This document shows, piece by piece, positions 35,746 to 49,000 of a stretch of DNA of 64,000 bases. The notes beneath the pieces were generated by a model, which did no database searches, was not told the origin of the DNA, and was given only the letters and a program-made list of their open reading frames with translations. The position numbers and the translations under genes were made by a program. The DNA is from Felis catus (lineage: Eukaryota). Position 1 is the stretch's first letter; the number at the start of each line of letters is the position of its first letter. The DNA lies in contig NC_058368.1 in the NCBI RefSeq assembly GCF_018350175.1, forward strand, positions 140,990,001 to 141,054,000, given 5' to 3'.

Positions 35746-36994
35746 TTGTTTTAAGTTACTCACCAGTGTTCAAGGACAAAGTCTGCTTTATTTGCAGTAC
35801 AGATCATTTGATGATGGTGACAGAAATCAAAGAGTTAAATGGAATTCAGGAATCTAGAATTTCAAGGAATCTAGAACTCTAGGCACACTTTGCAGGTATC
35901 CAAGATGGCCACTGCAAGAGAAGAATATTTTCCCCGTCAGAACTTGAGTGAGTGATCACATTGCCCACCTGGGAAATGGATTTCTTCCCCTCCAGTGGAT
36001 TTATTTGTTCAGGTTCTTTTTAACCAGAGGGGTCAAGGCCAGAGATGAGGAAGAGTGTAGCTGCCTACCAGAGGGAGCGGTGTCCTTCTGTTTTTCAGTA
36101 ATTTACTGTAAATTGATGCTGATACTTGTCAGAGTTTTATTTAGCTCTGTTCTTCTTCTCCTTCTGTTGGAATATCATTAGTTTTTCTTGGACTGTGGGA
36201 TATGGTCCGTGACCTTCACACAGGCGCCAGCAGTACTGTCTGTAGTATTTCACAGTAAATGAATTCGTATAACGTCACTGACCTTACTTCTACACTGTTT
36301 GACTCTTGTATTTGAATTGGTCTAGGCTGCTGTTTTCCATTGTAGTTCAGGGAAACCAGAAACAAAAATTGCTTGAAATTGAATTTTTTTTGTATGTTTT
36401 TCTAATGAAACTCTGCGATGGCCTTGATTGTGTCTTTCCAAATCTCCTCCTATCTCACTTCTGTTTTCATACTGACATAGTTGTTTTTCATAGTCTGGAG
36501 CGCAGAAAAAACAGGGACTGTACTCTATGCTGCTCAGAACCCATATGGATTTCTGGGTTTTATTTTGGGCACTGTATTTGGAAGGCTATATTACCAAACT
36601 AGAGTGTGTCAGGGCAGAGCTAACAGGTTGGTCTGGGAGCAGTGTATTATGAACAATTAATCACGGAGAAAAGACACAGGGCAGACACAGCTATCTGCAA
36701 AAGCTGTATGGAAATTTAACTATGACCAGTGGGGGGACGTTAGAGGAAGGGACAGTTCAGCTATTATAAGATTAGATTAGAAATGTCCAGCATTTAAACT
36801 AGATTGTCTCATAAACAAGTGAATTCTCCTCCATAGGAGTCAGATAAAATCTCTCAGGAATATGCTTATAGAAGGGTTTCCCAAGAACAATAGCACGCCT
36901 GTGTAGAGTACTTATTTTATGACAAGTACTATTCTCAGTACATTTCCAATGTTACTAATTTAATCCTCACAATGGCCTTAGGAGAGAGACACTT

Positions 36995-37349
36995 CAGACC
37001 CATAGTATCTTGTCTGAAAGCCGTAAGACCAGATGTGTTCCCCTTTCTCTCCATCCTTGGCAACATTTGTTGTTTCTTGTGTTTTTGGTTTTAGCCATTC
37101 TCACAGGTGTGAGGTGATCTCTCATTGTAGTTTTGATTTGCATTTCCCTGATGATGAGTGATGTTGAGCATCTTTTTATGTGTCTGTTGGAGGCATATGA
37201 ATTTTTACATTAAATGGAATAAATACCTTTACATGAATTAGGTTAGATTTCACTGCCAGATCAGTTCCGATCAGCCCTATCCACCAAATAAGGTTTGAAG
37301 TAGTTTTAGATTTATGGATTCTGAATTGTACACAAGGGAATCTGCACTC
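36995..37349. mobile_element. Tigger-like fossil inside a MIR, carrying an L1 ORF2 fragment (37037-37190, -)
   Basis: Degenerate Tigger-like termini. The L1 segment reads gccattctcacaggtgtgaggtgatctctcattgtagttttgatttgcatttccctgatg. Confidence 0.65.
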
Positions 37350-38066
37350 ATTTTGCTAACGCTGGTTTGTAGATGAAGAAACTGAGGCATAGAGAGTAGA
37401 TAACTTGCTTAGAGTCGTACAGCTTCCACAAACAGAAACCAAGTTCATTCATGCTGTTAACCACTATGTGTGTTGCCTCTCATCATGGTCTGGCTCCCTT
37501 CATTGAGGAGTTGGGGTAAATCCCCACAACTGTCTCTTTCAATCCGTGTCTTTGATTTCCTGACATCTGACTTCAACCTGCCACGGGCTCTCTCAAAGAG
37601 ATACCAAGATCTGTTCCCAGAAGTAGGTTAAAAGGAGAGACATCTGGAAAAAAGAGACCTCTTCCTGTTCCAAGTATGTGGTATCTCACAGGAGGCATTT
37701 TAGTGTATTTGCTTTCCAACCACTCAGCAGAGCCAGCTGAAGATGGATTTTGTGTCATCGTGATTTGTCTTCAGTGACCTTTCCTTTTGTATCTTTTGCC
37801 TCCACCTATTACCCAGAACACCACCACATGAATCTTGATGGCTCAGGTTTGCCTCCTGTCCACCCACGTTCCAGAACTGATTTTCCCAGTAGAGTAGTTG
37901 ATTCCTCTTAACCTTTCTTTCACCATCTAGAGATGTTTTGTGGAGTAGTGGAAAGAAAAACGGACTTGAACATGGAAATGCCTGAATTTAAATCCAGATG
38001 TGGAAATCTGGGCAAAACCACTTAACCTCATTCATTAATTTGTAAAATGGGATACATAATACTTAA

Positions 38067-38391
38067 CCAGGGATTAATTTAGGTTTTATGGAGCCTGAAG
38101 TTGATACTATTGGGGAAAGCCCTTTTTAAAGAAAAGAATACAAACTTGTGAATACACATTAGGTGTATACAAGATGTGTATTTATTTAGAAATAATGCCC
38201 AAGGGTACATAAGGGGAAGTATGATGCATTGGAGGTTGGAAAGAAACAGTCGTCTTAACAAAAGGCCATTTACAAAAACCTAAGACGTATAAGCATATTG
38301 CTAGTGATCCTTCCCAGGGTTAGGAAACAGTTCATTCACTGAGAGGTCCTGAAGCTTAAGATTCATTAGTATCATGGTAAATTTGCTTTTG
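38067..38391 (+). mobile_element. MER53-like hAT element inside a MIR
   Basis: aggttttatggagcctgaag...aagaaaagaatacaaa...gaagcttaagattcattagtatcatggtaaat. Confidence 0.65.
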
Positions 38392-38482
38392 TATCAATCT
38401 TACTGACTTGTGAGAATCAAATAACAAAACTATATGGAAATATTGTTTTGTAATCACTAAACATTGTGCATTGTTTGTGGGG

Positions 38483-38678
38483 TTTTTTTAAGTTTATTTA
38501 TTTTTGAGAGACAGAGAAAGTGCAAGCTGGGGAGGGACAGAGAAGGAGAGAGAGAGAATCCCAAGCACGCCCCACACTGTCGGCGTGGAGCCTGATACAG
38601 GGCTCGAACCCACAAATCGTGAGTTCATGACATGAGCCAAAGTCAGTCACTTAAATGACTGAGTCACCCAGGTGCCCC
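38483..38678 (-). mobile_element. Can-SINE
   Basis: TSD-like aaca(t/c)tgtgcattgtt. Confidence 0.92.
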
Positions 38679-39743
38679 AACACTGTGCATTGTTAATCAT
38701 TATTTTGATGCTCAGAGCCAAGCATAAATGATTATTCAATAAATGACAAAATGGAGGAAATTTGGTCTCACCAAGTATTATACGGGATTATTTTATTACC
38801 TTTCCCTAAGCCTTTAAAATATTTATCAGAATAATATATGCACACATTTTTACAAAAGAGTGAAGTGTTGATAAAAGATTTGCAACGAAAAATAGCTATC
38901 CCATGTCCCACCCTTTACATTTTCTAATTCCAGTCTCCAGAGTCAATACATTTCTTCCATACTGCTAAATAATATGTATTATATTGCTTACTTCGGATTT
39001 ATCCATGTTGTATATTATCTAGTAACTATCTAATATAGTAGATAGGATTTCACTTCTTCCCATCCTTCCAATAGTACAATTTTCATAACTACCTTAATGT
39101 GAAATATTGTTTACAGCTGAACCAGAGTGAACTATGATTATATTTCTTTTCATATACATCTTTTGTATTTTCCTGGAGTTAATAATAGCACCATTTTTTG
39201 TTTCTTTGTTTAGTTCTTCATTGTTTATGTACTTGAGTTTTCCCATTCTGTACAATTGCATTTTATATATTTTTCACACAGTTAGATTTTCCCACACTGC
39301 AGAGAGCCCTGGGGCATCCCTCTGCTTCAGCATGCCTCTTTCTCTTCATACAACAGGACAGAACTTCAATGTGCTGTCACACTGGAAATTTCTTTCATCT
39401 CTCTCCTCTGTTAGATTTCCTATTTCCTGTATTCATCATCTTGTTCTTTCTTAGATTTAGTCCCTTTTTTTTGTGAATCTTATTCTCCAGTAGAAAGATA
39501 TATGGGAGGTAATTAATTGAGACTCTGCATCTCTCCAAATGTCTATATCCTAGCCTTATAACTGACTAATTTAGTTGGATATAGGCTTCTAGATTTAAAT
39601 CGTTTCATTCAGAATTTGGAAGACATTCCACTGACTTCTAACTTATGGAATCATTCTGAGAAGTTCTGCCATTCTAATTCTCAATCCTTTGGACCGGATG
39701 ACTTTTTCTCTTTGGAGGTGATTCTATAATTCCACAGTACCAT

Positions 39744-40470
39744 ATGTGGTAGATTTAATTATTGCTCAAAAATATTCACTGTTCTCTTTCCCTGTCCCAC
39801 TTATGTGGTTGGGGTATACTTCCCGGTGCTCTGATGCTAGGTTTGGCCATGTGACTTACTTTGGCTAATGGGATATTAGCAGCTAGCTATGTTACAAGCA
39901 GAGGCTTGAAAAGCATTTATGTGGTTGTGCTTGCTCTCTCATACTGTGCCATCAGAAGCGGCAGAACATGCTGATAACTAGCCTACTGGTTCACGGAGGA
40001 TGAGTAATAAATAGAACAAAGCCAGTCAATTGGTCCTAGCCACGTTCAACCTAAACCAGCAGAGCAGGCCAGAGTCCAGCTGAGCTCTACCAACTCTCAG
40101 GTGACTCACAGATCAATGATAATAAATTACAATTATTTTTAAGGCACTGAGTTTTTGGATGTTTGTAATGTAGTATTTTGTGGCAATAGCTGTTGGTATC
40201 AAGAAATTGGTTCAAATTAGTATCAGAAATTGGTATAAGTGGTGAGTTATAGACACAAGAAGAACAAAACATAGGGACACTTGTTTGGAGACTGGTAATA
40301 GGAAGCTGGAAAGAAAAATATGATCTGTGTTATGTAGGGATGAACTGTTTTATAAATATTTGGTAACTTGAAAGTTATAATATGCATCTAAAAATATTTG
40401 GATTTCTGCCAAGAGCTCTCCAGAGAAAATGATGGAAGTATTTAGCTGTATATAATAGAACTATAAGAAA
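39744..40470 (+). mobile_element. MLT1-type LTR (about 39744-40200) with adjacent MaLR internal start
   Basis: tttggccatgtgacttactttggctaatggg, aaggcactgagtttttggatgtttgt, then agaaattggt. Confidence 0.7.
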
Positions 40471-41147
40471 GAGACATTTCCATCATTCATATTTTTACTC
40501 CAGGATCTAACCCCACCGTACTAGAATTTTTTGCCCCCAAAAATATATGCAGGGAAGTGTTTTATCCCTTTGTTTGGGTTGATGGTGAGGATGAAATGCT
40601 CATTAAGTAGGTTTGGAACAAATCTCCTTATTTTCATCAGTTGCCTCACCCCAACTAGTGCCTTTAAACCTGAGCTTTTCAGGGGTTTTACAGCACAAAA
40701 TCCATTTGCTTCTTGGTGATTTCATTTTCTGCAGGTGCAGGTCTTCAACCTTTCTCTTCTCTTCTAAGACTGGAAAGTTCCAGTTACTTTCTATCTTCAT
40801 ATAGTATGATTTACGAACAGAAGTGTCTACGAGTTTCATCAGTGCTGCACATGTGTTTCTATTTCATCTTACTTGTTGCTGAGAGGGGAGAGGAGAATAA
40901 AATGTCTTTTCTCTACCATCTTAAAACTGCAAGTCTTCCCAGGCTCTTTTCATGTGAAAAGAGCAAATGCCTAGTTCATAACTAACTTGTGTAGATTATT
41001 GCAGGAGAGTTTGGCCTATGAGGATTGGGAGAACCAACAATAGAGGTGTCCATAGATGCAGGTGGACAGGACGCCAAGAGCAGGAAAATGACTAAGCTGG
41101 GAAAAAGCACTTTTCCAAATGGTCTGTTCAAAGTGGAATGGGAGGCA

Positions 41148-41273
41148 GTGGTGCCTGGGTAGCTCAATTGGTTAAGCATCCAACTCTTGATTTCGGCACA
41201 AGTCATGGTCTCACGGTTTGTGAGATTGAGCCCTGAGTCTGGTTCTGCGCTGACGGCGCAGAGCCTGCTTGGG

Positions 41274-41311
<38 letters not shown>

Positions 41312-41363
41312 CCCCCCCCACCCAGATAAATAAATAAACTTAAAAAAATTTTTTTTTTAAAAA
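41148..41363 (+). mobile_element. Can-SINE
   Basis: TSD-like tggaatggga. Confidence 0.9.
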
Positions 41364-44300
41364 TGGAATGGGAACTGGTAATTGGGTTGAGGGTGGACAC
41401 AGTCCTATGTGGAAAAAAGAACAGGAAGAGATGTGCTAGTATTGATGGGCTGGCCAAGGCAGAGGCAGGGTTGAAACAGCTTATTTGAATTTCTGTCCAG
41501 TTCTCCTAGTGGCCCTGGAGGCCTACCTTGATGCCACTGCCCTAGGAAAGACTGTTTATTGGCTCTCAATGTCTTAACACAAAGGAAGAAACATAAGCGG
41601 TCAAAATACAGGGTCACAAAGTATCCTCCGTGTGCCCTACAGAAAAGGCCTTCTTACTGAAACTTCAAAGAGTCACGCTCTTTTTCTAGTTTTGAGCTCT
41701 ACTTTGTCCCCACATTTTTCAGGTCTTGTCTAATTTGGGTGTTTTTCCTCTGTAGGAGTAAAATAGGATATGCTGGATGTGGGGTCATATGGCTAGAGAT
41801 TGGTCATCATTAGAGCTAAGAGAAGACTTCAAAGTCTGAGAAGGCCAAGGGAGACACCAAATCTATAGATTAATAAGAACAAAGGCACAGAAACCCCAGA
41901 ATTATTAAAAGTAACAATAGTTTCCCAGGTAGCAGGAAAGACTCCTTTCACTTCCCTAGCCCCTTAGACTTTGTGTATTGATAGGGACCAGATTTTTAAA
42001 ACCACGAATCTGAACATCTAATATGACAAGTCCAAGGGCACTCCAGTCTGAAAATTTGAAACAGGTACGATCCTTGGAAATTTGGAGCCTAGGGGTGCCA
42101 TCTCCTCAGCCCCTCTCATCCCGAAGTACCCAGTGATTTCTTGTCTCCATCTTTCCCTAACCCCTCATCCTCTGGCCCTGCCTTAATCCTGAATGGATTA
42201 AGTTAGTGGTTTCCTATGACAGGTGACACTTTACTCTTTTGCCACTCAGTTTTTTGCCCAATAGTTTATATATTTTGAGTAGAACAATTGTATGAGGATT
42301 ACCTGCCTGAGAGCCCTTTCCAGAACAAATTGTTTCCAGAACAGATGTAAACAGGCTACTCTCATTCTAAAATCTATTGTGATGATTAACAAGATTTCCT
42401 TCTTTCCTATGAGTTTGTTTATCAAAGATTCTAGTGTGGAGTTTATTTAGAAAGGACACATTACTTTCTAGCTTCCACTTCTTGGCTGAGAGGAATAGCG
42501 ACTTATGGTTTAGCAAATCCCTAATAGGAAAATCTTGTTTTCTCTTTTTAATTGATCTGTACTTCCAATTTTTCTACCTGTTTTTATTTCCCACAATCCA
42601 GACCCAGCTTTCCTTATTTGTCACATCCATTAGTCTACATGATTGTGTAAGTATAATTCCTGTTGGTTCTTTTAAACATTAACCGCAATAAAAAAAAAAA
42701 AAGTCTTAGTACTGTAGTCCTAGCAGAGAAAATTTTAACACTGACCAAGGAGATTTGTTTTTTATTTAGATACTTTGAACTGAATTTGGAAGGTCATAGG
42801 TAAAACTAACAATTTGCTACTTCAGGTTTGCAACAGAGGTAAAGAAATACCAGGTTATTAAGGAAAATGATTCCAACTCCCCTCTTAAAACCAAGTTGTT
42901 CCCAATAAGTCAACATCTGTCACAATCCGTGTAAAAGGACAGAACAAGCATACAACAGCACATTTGAAAACCCAGCTGCAAAACATTAAATCGGAACACA
43001 GAGGCCTTCGATTGCTGCTAACTTGGCTTTGGCTTAACTGTTGCCAAGTAAAACAGAGAACACCCTGCAGGGAGCCGTCATGGGCTGAGCCTCATTCTCT
43101 TCCCTTTTATTTCTCAGCCAGCTTATGTGAGTGAGGCCACTGCCTGCTGACCACATCTGCCCACTAACCTCTCAGCTGAGCCAAGTCCAAGTTGTTCTCC
43201 CTCAAAACTATGGTTTAAATAAAGGGTTGTTTCAATTCCACAGAATTACGATTTAAAGGATTGTTGTTTTAATCCACTGAATTTTGTTTTTTTTTTAATG
43301 CAATCGATACTGACCTAGTATACTCATCAATCTAAAAATCTTTGTCTTTTTTCAATTCTGAAAAAACTAATCACTCTTCAAATATTACCTCTTTCCCATT
43401 TTCTGTTCACCCCTTCGACAACTCTTACTGGATGTCCTTTCTGTCATTTATGATTCTGTCCTTTGTGATTCTTAAATTCTCATTCATTTTTCTTCCATTT
43501 TTATTTCTGCTGCACTCCAAGTCATTTCTTTAGTTCCAATTTGCTTTTTTCTATTCAGGTGTTAAATATCTCTATTTAGTTTTGACTTTCAATGGCTATC
43601 AGTTTCACTTATAAAAGAACTATTTGCACCTTTTCTAAATCTGTCTTTTTACATATTTTCCCATTTTTCATTAGATTTTCTATTTCCTTTAAAAAAAGTC
43701 TTGTAAGTCATTTAACACATTTATTTTACAGTCATCTGTAGATCTATTTTCTCTAGCATTGGGGGCATTAAATCTCCTGATCTAACCTAATTTTGTAATC
43801 CTACCTTCAAGATGCTTTTCTCTTGTGGTTTGTAATTTTGCTTAAGAGCTTATATTCAGCATGGACATTTTCTCCCTGGAGAAGAACTGTGTGCCTTGGG
43901 GGTTGTTAGATTGTCCCTTGACTGTGTTTGTAAGTTTGTTTCTGCTCAAGTCCTAGATATATCACCAGTTCTCAACCAGCTTTTATGTTTTTTTCTCAGC
44001 TTGATATTTCTATCTCACAGTGAAAATTCAGAACTCATGTCAATATATGGCACTGGCTTGGTTTCAAGTTTTTCTGGATGAACTTTTGTTTTCACTTATA
44101 GCCTGAGGACATAGGAATTTGTGTGACTTTGTTTTTGCCAACAGCATAGCACTTAGCAACTCAGATTTTGAAGAGTGCTCAATTCCAGTTGTCGTCTGCT
44201 CACACCAGACATCATATTAACTTGCAAGAGTATTAAAATCCCGGGAGCTCTTAGGGCCTAGAGTTGATCCCAACCCTGCACAGGCTACTGTGGTCTTAGC

Positions 44301-45469
44301 CCTTACTTACTGCCAGTCTGAGTTCCCTCTTTGGTTCTGTAATCAGAGTTCCTGTTCTCTCAGTTATATATAGAACTATTTTGTCCAGTGTTTCTCTGTG
44401 ATAATAATAGTAGCTGAAGCAGAACTTTTTTGCGTCGTCTCAGTCCGCTGGATTGCCGGATGTTCTCCCTCCACACTCCTGAGGTACAATTTTATAATAA
44501 TGAAAGGTAAAATTCACAACAAAGACATAACATTTGGGAATATGTATATGCTGAATCACAATGTATCAAAATATACAAAGCAAAAAATTTTGGAAACACA
44601 ATAGTAATGGAGGTTTTAACCTGCTCCACTGAGACTAAGTCAAGAAAGTAAAAATTACACACAGAAGGATGCGAATAATGCTGTAAACAAGGTAGGTTTA
44701 ATACATACATATCAAACTTAATAACCTAGAAGCAGTGAACATACTCTTTATGATGCTCAACATTAAATCCTCAAGAATTTAAATAGCAATGGATACAGTG
44801 AATGGCCCATGCTTGTTGCTAAAGGCATTTGCCCCACCTGCTTCATGGAAGGTCATCTGCTTCAGATTCCTATTGTATCCAAGTCAGATTTAAACTTGTC
44901 AGCCACCAGAGTGTCCTCTGAATCATCTCCAACTCTGCAGGATGCATCACAGAGCTGCTTTGTTAAGCTGCTGTCTGGGGACAGGGTCATATCCAACTTT
45001 GGCTATTTTTGTGCAGTCCATAGACCCTTGAAGCCGGACATTTGCCTTAACAACATTTGACTCCTAGAAAACCTATGTGTATGTCTACTTGGTGGTCACT
45101 ACCCAGTAACTCCTACTGCCAATCCCGTGCGACTTGTTTTAAAAACCTTGCAGCTTCTTGCAATATTGCTTATAAGTATGAAAATTTGAAAACAACTGAA
45201 ATGCCTGTCAGAGAGGAAATGGGTAAATAAAATGTGATTTATTCACTTTATATTGTGATAGGAATTATCACAATACCCATAGTGTATTGTGATATTAATT
45301 ACAATATTGTATTATGATATGAATTATTGTAACGTTATTTGAAGGAATGGATTGTACCTAACTATAACATAATATATCCATATGTAAAATATCTCTATCT
45401 CTACATGATGTCGACTTGTAAGAAAAAAGAAATTTGTGGAATAAAATATACATGTTGTCATCTATGTAA

Positions 45470-45660
45470 ATTTTTAAATGTTTATTTTGAGAGACACCGT
45501 GAGTGGGGAGGGGTAGAGAGGGGAGAGAAAGAATCTCAAGCAGGCTCTTAACTGTCAGCATAGAGCCCAATTCGGGGCTCAAACCCACGAACTGTGAGAT
45601 CATGACCTGAGCCGAAATCAAGAGCAGGACGCTTAACTGACTAAGCCACCCAGGCACCTC
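45470..45660 (-). mobile_element. Can-SINE within old L1ME remnants (about 43250-46250)
   Basis: TSD-like cat(c/t)tatgtaaatttt. Confidence 0.9.
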
Positions 45661-46526
45661 CATTTATGTAAATTTTAAAGTACACAGAAATAATATATAT
45701 TGCTTGAGAATACATATGTATGCATATGAAGTTATTAAAAATGAACTGTTTGGGATACACATTGAATTCCTGATAGTTGCTTCAAAGGATTGGGGTGAAG
45801 AAATGGAACTGTGGTTAGGGACATCACTATAATCTGTTTTATTTAATTTCTTTTATATAAACAACACTTGAGGCAAATATGATAAACAAAAAATTTCAGT
45901 TCTGAAGTGAAAAATATATATGTGCATATAGATTAGGCTCTTTGCATTTTTCCCTTTCTTACAATTTTACTGAGATATAATTGCTGTACAATAAACTACA
46001 TATATTTAAAGTGTACAGTGTGATAAATTTTGACAGGTATTTACCCATGAAACCTTTACCACAGTCAAGACAACGCATAAGTTTCCTTAAGCCCCTTTGT
46101 TACCCATTTCTCCCTCTTCCCTTGAACTTGAGTAACCATTGATTTGCTTTCTATCACTATAGATTTGTTTGCTTTTTCTAGAATTTTATACAAATGGAAT
46201 CCTACAGTATGTAAATTTTTTAAGAGGGGGTCTGGTTGCTTTCACTAACTTTCTCAAAAGGATGGCAATTTCTCAAAAACATTTTTTTTTAATCTTGTAA
46301 CTGCTGAAAAACAATCTGGAGCATTTGATCTGTGATTCAGAAATGGAGGAAGGAGAGAATCTGTGGAAAGCAGGTAACATTTAGAATAGACTCCCAAGTA
46401 AGGCAGAGCAAGCATATCTACCATAATGGCTTCTATATTCACTAAAATCTTCCCTTACATTACCTGTGTTTTTCATTTCCTGACACTGCACAAATGAGAA
46501 TCTTGTGGATAACTAAGATACCCGTT

Positions 46527-46759
46527 TATTTTTTTTTTGTTTACTTTTATTTAATTTAGAGAAAGAGCAGGCACAAGTGGGAGAGAGGCAGGAAGAGGGG
46601 GGAGAAATAGAGAGAGAGGGAGAGAGAATCCCAAGCAGGTGCCACACTGTCAGTGTAGAACCTGACACAGGGCGGGGCTCGAACCCATGAACCGTGAGAT
46701 CATGACCCGATCTTAAACCAAGAGCCGGACACTTAACCAACTGAGCCACCCAGGTGCCC
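46527..46759 (-). mobile_element. Can-SINE
   Basis: Head and tail in reverse orientation. Confidence 0.9.
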
Positions 46760-47229
46760 ATAAGCTATCCATTTAAAACCAGAGACATTATTGAGAACTC
46801 ATTCATGGCAATTGGTTCAATGAGATGCCTGTCATCCTAACACCTACCTGAGTTTAGCTTCACTAGAAGAATGGATGCTTGTGTTGTGGGAGAGGGGAAC
46901 TAGGATTGTGTTGAAGCAGGGAGAATTGGGGGATGTGGGGAGATCTAGGCAGCACCATAGGAGACTTTGGGTAACACTAGGATATTGGGAACAGGATACT
47001 GGGATAAGGACCCAAAGAGGTGGGAGAAGGCCAGAAAAGAAGGAAGGAAATACCCAAAATTAAGAGTCTCCCATTTCAAATTTTCCCAAACAGCAGCCTC
47101 TGATGAGAAACCGAGGAAGAAATTCCCATTGTATCTACCTGTGTCTCTTATTCTTAAGATTAGGGAATTCTTGTTATGTAAATTCAGCCTGATGTCAGTA
47201 TTGCTCTGTGAATTAAATTGGCTTTTGTT

Positions 47230-47410
47230 AGCATAAGAGACTGTTAAAAACTGAGAACAAACTGAGGGTTGATGGGGGGTGGGAGGGAGGGGAGGGTGGG
47301 TGATGGGTATTGAGGAGGGCACCTTTTGGGATGAGCACTGGGTGTTGTATGGAAACCAATTTGACAATAAATTTCATATATTAAAAAAAATAAAAATAAA
47401 TAAAAATAAA
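47230..47410 (+). mobile_element. Young felid L1 (L1_Fc-like) 3' end, severely 5'-truncated
   Basis: G-rich tract, AATAAA and A tail. Perfect 16-bp TSD taaattggcttttgtt at 47214-47229 and 47411-47426. Confidence 0.95.
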
Positions 47411-48559
47411 TAAATTGGCTTTTGTTGCCTGGGCTGGGAGCTCAAGTAAGTACCAGATATAACATTGTTTCTGTGGAAAACTGTGTCCAGATATCTGATC
47501 TACAAAGAAAGTTTAGAAACATAACTTATATATGCCAAGCAGGGAGTCCTTAGGGATATAAATCTTAGTAACAATGAGCTATGCTATAATGGAAATATTT
47601 TCACAGATATAATTCTTAATCTATAGCCAATATCAGTCATTAAAACATACTGTTCAGTCCTGGGGCCCATAAGTGGAGGATGTTACAGAGACATTGGAAA
47701 GGAGCCAGGGGAGACAAAGTAAATGTTGAAAGGTTTTGAAAAATAGCCCTTCAGGGAAGAGTCTACATTAGTTCAGAGAAGAGAGGTGTGAGTAGACTGA
47801 ATATAAGTCTTGAAACTATAAAGAGATATTACATTATTGACACCAAGTCTTTTTTTTTTTTCCCCTCTGTGTCCCCACAGAGCAGTATGAGAGAAAATGA
47901 ATTTAAACTACAGCAGAAGGGATTTAGGCTAGTCAGATGTCCCCAACCTGAAGATCAGAACCCATTCTTGGGTTGCCAAGCTTCAATCTCACAAGGGAGG
48001 CTGTCATTCTTGAGGGGTTTTTTGAGCTCTCTGGTCACTGGCAGGCAAAGCTCACCCAGACCTGGCCATCTGCCTTCTGTTGTTGGCATATACTATCATT
48101 TGGGAAACTGAGGAGTTCTGCCCAACTACAGCAAATGCTTCAGGGCTACAAAGCGGGTAAAGTAAGGCAAGTGTGAACTTGCCTCATGTGGGGAAAATCC
48201 AGACAGGAGAAATCTCAGCTTTCTGTTCATCATTTGACAAAGCTGCTCCAAAGAGCACTGAACCGTGGTTGTGGTATGTATCAGGAAGGTGGTGGCAGCC
48301 CCCCACCCCGGAACCCCAACATGTGGGACAGGTGGGTCATTCCCAGGGAGTGGATGCAGTTCTTACAGTCAGTGCATTTTCGGGGGATGTTGACAAACCA
48401 GAAATGCCTCCAGAGGAAAGTAACTGGAACAGAAACTGGAAAGTGGGTCAAAGGAAGAACAGTTGAAGGAACTAGGGTGTTGGCTTGGAGAAGATAAGCG
48501 TTTTAAAGGCAGTGGGGGAGGGTGCGGTGACAGGAGGCTGTTTTCCAATATTTGGAAGG

Positions 48560-49000
48560 CTGTCAGGTGGAAGATAGGCTGCTGTGCAGCTCCAGAGGGC
48601 AAACGCAGAGCCAGTGAGTACAGGTTGCAGGGATAGAGCGGCGGGCTGAAAAGAAGGAAGCATTGTGTCATCATTAGAGATACTCAGAGCGGATTGCGGC
48701 GCCTAGTGACGCAGGGAGTGTTTGTGGAAAGGGTGAATGAATAGCTCACCAGAACCTTGGCGGAAGACATTTCTGGGCCTGTTGTTGTTATTGTTGTTGT
48801 TGGGTCTCGCTAATCAAATGAAACTTGTTGGAGAGCGAGATGCCCCTAGCAGCAAGCATCTTTTTCCTGGTGCTCAGGGAAGGCGGGCTTTGCTGTTTGA
48901 GCCGCTAGAGGGAGTCAGGACAGCGGCATTGCAGAGCCGCCCTCCCCGCTCTGGGGTTGAACAGCGACTGGTACCGGGTTCTGACTCATGTCTCCATCCC
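48560..49000. promoter_or_regulatory. CpG-enriched candidate regulatory element with a CTCF-like motif
   Basis: Local CpG excess outside repeats. CCGCTAGAGGGAGTC at 48902-48916, TGACGCA at 48707, TGACTCA at 48982. Confidence 0.5.

Noticed and set aside
42318..42354. tttccagaaca tandem with an ARE/GRE-like AGAACAaatTGTTTC and a FOX word
   Set aside because: The second half-site misses the critical C. It most likely arises from a short local duplication.
44900..45030. Weak resemblance of the minus-strand frame VGYDPVP..AAL to COX5A
   Set aside because: The similarity is short and does not extend at the nucleotide level.
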